Positions 54,880 through 64,000 of a stretch of 64,000 nucleotides of DNA are shown here, piece after piece. The notes beneath the pieces were generated by a model. It did no database searches, was not told the origin of the DNA, and saw only the letters and a program-made list of their open reading frames with translations. Both the position numbers and the translations under genes were made by a program. The first letter of the stretch is position 1. The number at the start of each line of letters is the position of its first letter. Origin of the DNA: Syncephalis fuscata S228 (lineage: Eukaryota; Fungi; Zoopagomycota); NCBI GenBank assembly GCA_025786725.1, contig JAHLTZ010000012.1, positions 434,001 through 498,000 of the forward strand, in the 5' to 3' direction.

Positions 54880-56349
54880 TTTAACTTTGTAATAATAACA
54901 GTAGTATGTATAGATAACTAGGTAATAGAAGTGCAGGCACGTAATGTTGGATGGTTTGCAAGGAGATATTCGGGGCAAAGGCCATTACTAGTTTTGCTAT
55001 TCATGCATAGTAGCTGATGCGGTACACGGGCATTCAACCATGTATGTACGCGACATCAACTGCAGTATTATGCATTATCCAGAAATGACAGCAATTGCAA
55101 GTTGAATAATGATAATAGCTGATAAAACATTAAACTTGAAAACAACATTGTGCCACAGCAACATTACAATATTAGTTCCGACAGGTAATATATAGAGAAA
55201 CCATTAAACTATTGTAAGATTCTAGATTCAACAACAGCACACCAAGGACATACATTTAGCCAAATTATGCAGCTTAGGCCAGCTATGCATTGTTTTATTT
55301 TTCACAGTAGGCTAATGATTGGACCAGCTTGCTTGAGTTCTTAACTAATGATAGGTGATTTCTATGCTTAAACATCTGCATGTATTTAGCATGGATGTGG
55401 CTAGGAAAACTACGGAAAACCCACGTATTATTACTGAAACACATTTACTTTATTAAGATCATTCAAATTAATGCAAATAAACAAGTGTTATACTATTGTG
55501 TATTCTAACTCTTATTCTACAGCATTGGAACAAAGCAAGAGTGAAGCTTATAACCATGTCAACAATGCCGGCTATTTATTATACTGCATATTAGATATAG
55601 ACATTTTAGCAATATCAATTGTTCAACGCGATTGTTATGAATTATATACTGCAGTTGATGCTTTTGCTGTATACCCAAGGCAAATGGTACTAAATTATAG
55701 CCTAGCAGATTTTTACATGCGTTCATTGCACCCAAATCCATTTTTGTTAATAAACTTTAAAAGAATGTAGCTACTGTAAATGATATAGTATACCAATATT
55801 TGCTTTGCTTTATAATCATGTTAACCTGCAGTGCTTATATATATTATTGGCATTGCTTCAAATCAATATCGCATAAATGCACATTTTAATATCATTATTA
55901 GCCATCAGAATTTAATCCAAAATGCAATGTATACTCTATTTATGGTGCAGTGATTGATTTAGACTTTCACGTTAACGCATTAGCTGTTTGTGATTTTAAA
56001 GTTGGCCTTATGACTTATTAGACGTGGTTTTTCTTGTTGCATTTATATCCAATCCACAGTCAATATTCATATAACACGCAATGGCTGATTAAACGCATGG
56101 CCACAGTTTAGTTTAGTCGGTGCTAATAATCTTACAGGATTAATTTTTAATCGTTTAAAATATCATTACAATCGAGTATAGATTCAATCATTCTTCAAGA
56201 TATTTGCTTGTATTAATGTGCACCTATTTAGCCTACTACTGTCATGAGCGTATAGCGAGTATTATGTACATGTTACTATGTATTTCATTGTAATTGTGAT
56301 ATATACAACAAATTTGAGATAATAGATTAACAGCGACATAAAACAATTG

Positions 56350-57075
56350 AGAACTTGTCTCTACCCACTTGAAGAAATGCACGTATTTAATTTCCTTACA
56401 TAAATCGCTGACGACATTGCTAAGCAGCGTCTTTGGCCAGTTGACATGCAAGTTCAGCATGTAACGTTTGCTATCGCATCTTTTATATTTGGACGCAATA
56501 TTGTTATTGTCAGCAGAATATTCATATCACGACTTCATAACATGGCATCTTGGCGCTGTTTTGTTCCTTCTACTTTGGACATTACAACTAGTCTGATGAT
56601 TATATTCATGTACTTGATTTTTTTATATCTGTCAATTATGACATGGATTTCTCTATTTAGTATGTCATTTACAATGACTGGCAACAACATAATACTGCTT
56701 CAAAAGATGTATTTAGCGCTTTGCCGACAAAGATAGGTGCAGTATATTTTGTCATATTGCTTTAAATCAATATCATTTATTTGGATTAGAGGTATGGAAG
56801 AACTGGCAGGCAAGGGAATACAAACAATGTGCGATATTATTTGCTCTATTTTTATCATTACATACTTGACTGCAATCAATAGTGACTTATTTCTAACGTA
56901 GATTGGTAAGTAGTGTCGAATAACCAGCTAAACTGGATTAGCATATGTTTAGAATAGTTATGACGACAGTATTGGTCAACCATTGCCAAAATATGGGCAA
57001 AAACGTTAGTTTGGCACACCAACCAGAAAGCAGCCATGTGTTTAAGCTGTCTTAAACTGCCACTGCAAGATGTAT
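56350..57075 (+). pseudogene. Pseudogene paralogue of the 53903-54879 multi-TM gene
   Basis: YPLEEMHVFNFLT*IADDIAKQRL..MQVQ, IILLQKMYLALCRQRW, ELAGKGIQTMC, and VDW|GTAAGT at the same intron position; in-frame stop at 56401 and an internal deletion. Confidence 0.8.
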
Positions 57076-57559
57076 AAATTATTAATAAGATGTATTTTAT
57101 TATTGTATTCCAATAAGCCACTATGCTAAATAAAAGTTACCATAAAGTTATTTATTTTATTAGCCAATTAACTATATATGCGTCGTTTACCATCTTGGTA
57201 TACCCTTAAAAGTTCATGATACTTGTTACAACTCATTAAGTTAAACAAATGTATCATTTAGTATGATTTGGGATTAAATGGCTAAAATTATAACATTTGC
57301 AAGATTAAACTGCCATTCGTTCTATTGAACATGAACTGGATAATGAGTAATATTAATGAATAAAATAATTATATTATAGATTTATTATCCAGTTGCATAT
57401 AGCGTTCTCATCATATACCTCAAATTATATACTGTTCCATCGGTGGAGAGTTAACAGCACATATAGCCATCGTAATCATCGTGTTGGTGGCTGTGCACGT
57501 ACAATAGCAATAGTAGTATATTGTATTACTACTGTTGTATGCGTACAGTATCTGTAAAT

Positions 57560-58017
57560 GATCATTGTAATGACTATATGCTGTCAAAGTCATTGTATGC
57601 TTTGTTTTGTTATAGATTGCCGCTGCAGATCGTATTAACAACAGCTTGTACAGTTTCAATAATAGCAAATTGCACTGCCACTATGGAGATTGCAAATGTT
57701 AGCAGATGACCTGCAATGGTGATCTATAGTAAAAATGAAGCATACAACAAATATCGACAACATATAATTAGAACAACATACAACAAAGTAAAGAATGCAC
57801 TTAATATGCTAACAAAGGTACCAATACTAATGATCGGAGTAATAAAGGTCAGATTACAAAAGAGCAACGCAAGTACATAGCGTAGAAGGTGTTTGTACAT
57901 AACTAGTAGTCAGTCAACTACTGACACCATCTAATTGGTATATATAGTATGTACAAGTATATGCAATGGATATATGCTGTCAAGTGTAAAGAAAAGAAAG
58001 GAAATGTGATGACGTAA
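57560..58017 (+). repeat. Dispersed repeat, copy B
   Basis: Direct repeat of 52740-53175. Confidence 0.88.
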
Positions 58018-58328
58018 TTGTACCTTATGTTGTTAATATATATAATTTTATAATAGTGATGTCATCTAACACTAAAACTGCTCTTATAGAACGAGTTGTC
58101 AATAAATAGTCAATATACTAAAAGAATTAAATATAATATAATAAAAGCCATTCTATCACCAAAATACGTAACTACATAAAGCATGTTATTCACTACCGAA
58201 TATCTTAGTCATTTTATTATAACAATATGGCCATAGCATCAGAATACTAGTCGTATAAAGCCCATTTATTTTTATATAGCTTTTTAAACACTTTATTATA
58301 TTAATTATAGACTACATTGACTATAGAA

Positions 58329-58720
58329 TTATTGATATTCACGCTTTAAATGCCACCATCCCGTCTTACTATGATCATCTCTTTCAAAATCGGCAATTTC
58401 TTTCAATAATTTACGAAAGATAAGCGATTCGCCTTGCTTGATTTTATCCTGAAAAGCGGCCACTAACTGTTGACTTTGGGCACGTCCATTCTGACGAACC
58501 AGGTACTGCTGCAGTTCTTTCATTAGCCCAGATAGTTCTTGTTTCTTGTTTTCAGAAACATTATTCTGCCGTAGATTATTAAGTAATGCGCTTGAAGATG
58601 GCCCAGCATTTCCACGCTTGCCCTTTATCTATTGAGCTATTAATTAATTAATCTATTATTATTATTATTATTAACTTACTGTGACACCAAATCGTTTTAC
58701 TAAACATCAATTATTATTGG

Positions 58721-58751
<31 letters not shown>

Positions 58752-61700
58752 AGCTAACGCACCTTTTTCTTCACCTGCTTCTTTTAATGCTGCCGCTGCA
58801 TGAGATGCAATCAGTGCCGCTAATAGATTGATTCATTAGTTGACTTTATATAAACATACAAATAGCTGCTTTACCTTCTTTTTCAATTAAAGAGGCCTCT
58901 TGATTATTTGCATCGGCAATTGTATCATGTTTAATAATACTCTTAACACCACTCATCGAAAATAATTGTTGAAGTAATTCATCTTCGGCTGATTGATTGT
59001 CAGGTGCTGTCCCAAAACCTGGTGTACTATAGCAATGGATTATTAGTCATTTAATTAATTATATTTAATAAACTTACTATTCTGATATACCTTGAATATC
59101 AGATATGGCTAATTGTGTTAATGAAGATGTTGGCGGTGTATCTGCTGCTTCATTCGCTTCACCATAATTATTGGCATCCTCGCTATTTTCTTCTTCAGTT
59201 GCTGCCTCATTATCTTTTGTTGCAGCCTTGTTATTCTTATTTTTGTGCCATTGCGGTGGTAGTACAGCAGCGCCTTCAAATAATTCACCTGTTTCTGTGG
59301 TGACTGCATCATCGGCACCTAGAGTAAATAGATCTTGTAGATCATGCATCTGTAACATCATTTAGCACTATTAATAATATCATTATAATCTAATTTACCT
59401 TAAAGAATCTTTGCTGTTTCGGATCATTGAGAATCTTACGCGATAAATAGTGTTTAAATATTTGTCGGTGATAAATCTTCTCTTCTATGGTACCGGCTGT
59501 AATAAGCCGATAAATTGCTACATCTCGCTTCTGTCCTAATCGCCAGGCACGTTCTCTTGCTTGAACATCCGTTGAAGGATTCTAGTCAGTTATAATCAAG
59601 TTAATAGATTACAAGCAAGCGTTTAAATAATTTACCCAATCTGGATCAAATATCACTACACGATCGGCACCACTAAATTAATGCCTAATCCGCCGACTTT
59701 TGTTGTTAATAGAAATAGGAATACATTGTCACTGTGATTGAATTCGTGAATAAGTGATGCTCTTGTTTGTATCGGTGTATTGCCATCCATGCGACGATAC
59801 TCATAGTCTATACATGTCATTTGTTACTATTATTATTATTATTATGGCTTATATACACTTACTCTTTTCTGATATTGTTTTCTCTAATATATCGAGCATT
59901 ATACGTGTTTGAGAAAATAGTAGAACACGATGACCTCGTGTTGCCATTGTTCTAATAGCATGACTAATACGCGCATCTTTCCTGATTTCTCCAATTGCCC
60001 GAATGTCTTATTCTATTTACATTCTATTAACCAATAATCTATATCCATCATTTATTAATTACCCGTGATGGACTCACATCAAGTAAGTCGGGGTGGTTAC
60101 ATATCTTCTTTAATATATCGATACCATAGAGTACACGTCTATCACCTCGCATAATACTATTCATGTCACTAGATCGCAAGAAAGCTTCATAAGCTTGCCG
60201 CTGTGAAGTCGTTAAACGACAAAGTACCACCTAAACACAGCAGCATTAATAAGCACCAAAGTGTTTATTTACACTTACATGTTCGGTTTTCTTTGGTAAA
60301 TCTTTAGCCACGGCCGCTTTTGTACGCTTCAATAAATATGGCTCAATAAGATCTCGTAAAATAGATGCACATTTATAGGCAATCTCTACTTGAAGACGAG
60401 ACGCATTGGCATATCCACCCATATTGATAGGCATGGCAAACTGACTATCAAATACATCAAGTGTCTATAAATCGATTAATATAGCTATTATGTAGCATAA
60501 TCAGTATAAACCTACACCAAGTCGACCAGGATAAATAAAATCAAACAAAGACCATAATTCAGTTAAATTATTCTGAATGGGCGTACCTGTAACAATAATA
60601 CGATGAGGTGTGTCTAATTGTTTACAGGCCAGTGTAATTTCTGCTTCAGGATTACGTATTTTATGACCTATAATAGCAATTATATTATTAAAATGTTATA
60701 GTTTTAATTAGCTAACTTCCTTACCTTCATCTAAAATGGCATAGTACCATTTTCTTCGTAGTAACGTTTTTCTAAATCGACGTAATCCTTCATAGGTGGC
60801 AAGTAGCACATGTCCTAATTAATAGATAAATACATTAACATACTGCATTTTAGCCATAATAAGCAACTTACCATGTTTAAATACACGTTCCACTAACTGT
60901 TCTGCTACCATCGACATACGCGTAGTCGCTGACGATGATGATGCCGATGCAGGCGATGTATTATAAAAAGTATTGTGTCGTTTCGATGTCTCGTCCATTT
61001 CTATTGTGTGCATAGCACTACCACTTGAATGAAGGACGAGTGTACGCATTGGTGGCCACCATCGATTAAACTCACTAACCCATTGATCAAGCATGGTGGC
61101 TGGACATAGTATAGTACAGGTCCTTTCCATTGATTTGAATATAAAAGAGATACTAGAAATGCAATAATTTGTACTGTTTTACCTAGACCCTTTATATAAT
61201 ATATAATATATATATATAATACTATTAATATTCTATTAATTCATGTTATTTATTAATTACTAACCATTTCATCACCAAGTATACCACCCGTCTCTTGTTG
61301 ATGCAATTTCCATAACCATTGTAAACCTATAATTACACACACACACATATATATATATCAATTGATATATTATAGTAACACGATTATTATAACTTACAAA
61401 TACGTTGATATTCAAATAAACTTGTATAAATTTCTCCTGGTAGCCATAATTCTTGACTAATTTGTGATTCACCAAATAATGGATGTGGTAAATACATTTC
61501 TTTAATAGTTCAACATCAATGGTCTTTAACGGATCATTTGTATATCGATCTGGTATACGATATTTTCTACTATTTGCTTTGTTCTTTTGCTCGTTTATAT
61601 CTGATGTACACGTCTTTGCACGCTCCTTTTCTCGTAACACTTTTCGAGCCATGGCCCATGTTTCAAAGCGTTGCTATAAATTATACATTTATTAGAATAA

Positions 61701-61954
61701 AGATACACGTACACGCATGCTCGTATCCATCCCACCTCATAGTGCAATTCATCACCATCATCGGCTCGTTGCCGTTTCGACGACGATAACTGCTGACGAC
61801 GATTGCGCTGAAGATGCTGTTTTGACGTGCTTATCTTCTTTTTTCCAATAGGTTCACTATCGTCTGTCCACTCAGTATCTTGGTCGTCAAAACTATCAAC
61901 ATCATTGCCGTCACTATTACTATTACTAGGACGAAATTCGTCTTCTGAACTCAT
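58329..61954 (-). CDS. RAD26: SNF2-family transcription-coupled repair ATPase (CSB/ERCC6), multi-exon, apparent frameshifts
   Basis: [90 protein letters not shown], and C-terminal [11 protein letters not shown]...GWWHLKREY winged-helix motif. Confidence 0.93.
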
Positions 61955-62123
61955 TTTATAAAAAGAATAGCTAGAAAGAACATACAAATGCTTTATGTAT
62001 TAATAAACGTGGTTATATAGGTCGACCTGCTTTAAAAGAAGGGCATTTTCAAAATTCCTTTTAAAAGAAAGAAAATAAAAGAGTGTATGAGTCAGGGTGA
62101 ATACAGTTTATTGATACTGCCAC

Positions 62124-62470
62124 TTAAGCGCCCACCACGTCAAGTTGATAAGTATTTTCATCTAGAATGCGGTCCAGTTCGGCCGTACCATTTCAACACT
62201 GCTCGCATCGACAAATACGTGTGTCTCGTCCAGATCTTCAATAATAAATCGTCTACTCTCATTAATATGTAGAATGATCTGTTTAACAGTGGCGTCGCTA
62301 GTTATTTGTCGTCGTTGTCAAGAACAGTATAAACGCGTCATTACTAAGCAATACAGCCAACGGCCGTTATTCCTGCTTATTCTACTTACCATTGAATAAG
62401 TACACCTATATTAATATAAGTATATTTATAGTATTCTGTACTAATACGCACCTCGAATTGCTTTCACCAT
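62124..62470 (-). CDS. TFB5: TFIIH subunit p8/TTDA, 3 exons, apparent 1-bp deletion near 62181
   Basis: MVKAIRG|VLIQC|DATVKQIILHINESRRFIIEDLDETHVFVDASSVEMVR(A)ELDRILDENTY; absent from the ORF track. Confidence 0.92.
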
Positions 62471-62920
62471 ATTGTGTGTATATTTGTATTAATAATCCTT
62501 GTGACAATAAAGATATGGATGCAAAGTGTAATGCATTCCCGGTCCTTAATTCACTCGTTGGGGCAGTGTACAACCAGCCAATAAGGCTTTTTTACAGATA
62601 TCGCTGCTAATGACCCGTCTATCAGCAATAACTGTATATGACACGTGTTTCAATTTATTGTAAACTGCCATTTCCATTATCACGTCATGTTCGGTCCGTG
62701 GGAGAAGCGAGATGACCCAACGTAGACTTAAATATAAATGCATCGAACATATAAGACTTTTTGTCTACCCTCACCACCACCGCTACAGCCTCTTCTTTTT
62801 CTCGCTTCGGCTTTTAAGATCTCTGTCGTTGGACCTATTTCTTTGTCTTTCAACACCCGTTTACACCGTTTGTGTATTTGATTCGTATACGTGTGTGTGT
62901 TTATCTACGATCTATTAGCG

Positions 62921-64000
<1,080 letters not shown>

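Overview
AT-rich, intron-dense eukaryotic DNA from a fungus. Gene content and lineage-specific families suggest an early-diverging fungus, plausibly Zoopagomycota such as Syncephalis (inference only). Recognisable genes: ArfGAP, Elongin C, a Gly/Tyr-rich secreted repeat protein, an Fta4/Nkp1-like kinetochore protein, class I glutamine amidotransferase, a disrupted F-box-like gene, MCM5, a homeobox TF, a Pho80/Clg1-type cyclin, SAAL1-like, CKS1, MZT1, DML1/Misato, a caprin-like RGG protein, GDB1, a CSC1/OSCA channel, a multi-TM family gene plus pseudogene, RAD26/CSB, TFB5 and SAH1. The key observation is the ~82-bp 'satellite' at ~39.8-43.5 kb. On the minus strand each unit is a complete GTAAG...YAG intron followed by a variable 3-nt exon. 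Splicing these by hand onto an upstream signal-peptide exon gives a 50-exon, 84-aa ORF with 47 three-nucleotide microexons (45 consecutive), all phase 1, so every codon of the mature peptide is split by an intron. The ORF has no internal stop, rebuilds a Kex2 KR site, and ends at TAA in the last exon. The predicted mature product is a 45-aa cationic Gly/Ser/Arg-rich secreted peptide. The window also holds a 1.5-kb foldback element, an intron-containing RAD26 fragment duplication and dispersed relic repeats. Many 1-bp frameshifts, often in homopolymers, hit conserved genes and are most likely assembly errors. All gene models were assembled by eye; no database searches were run.
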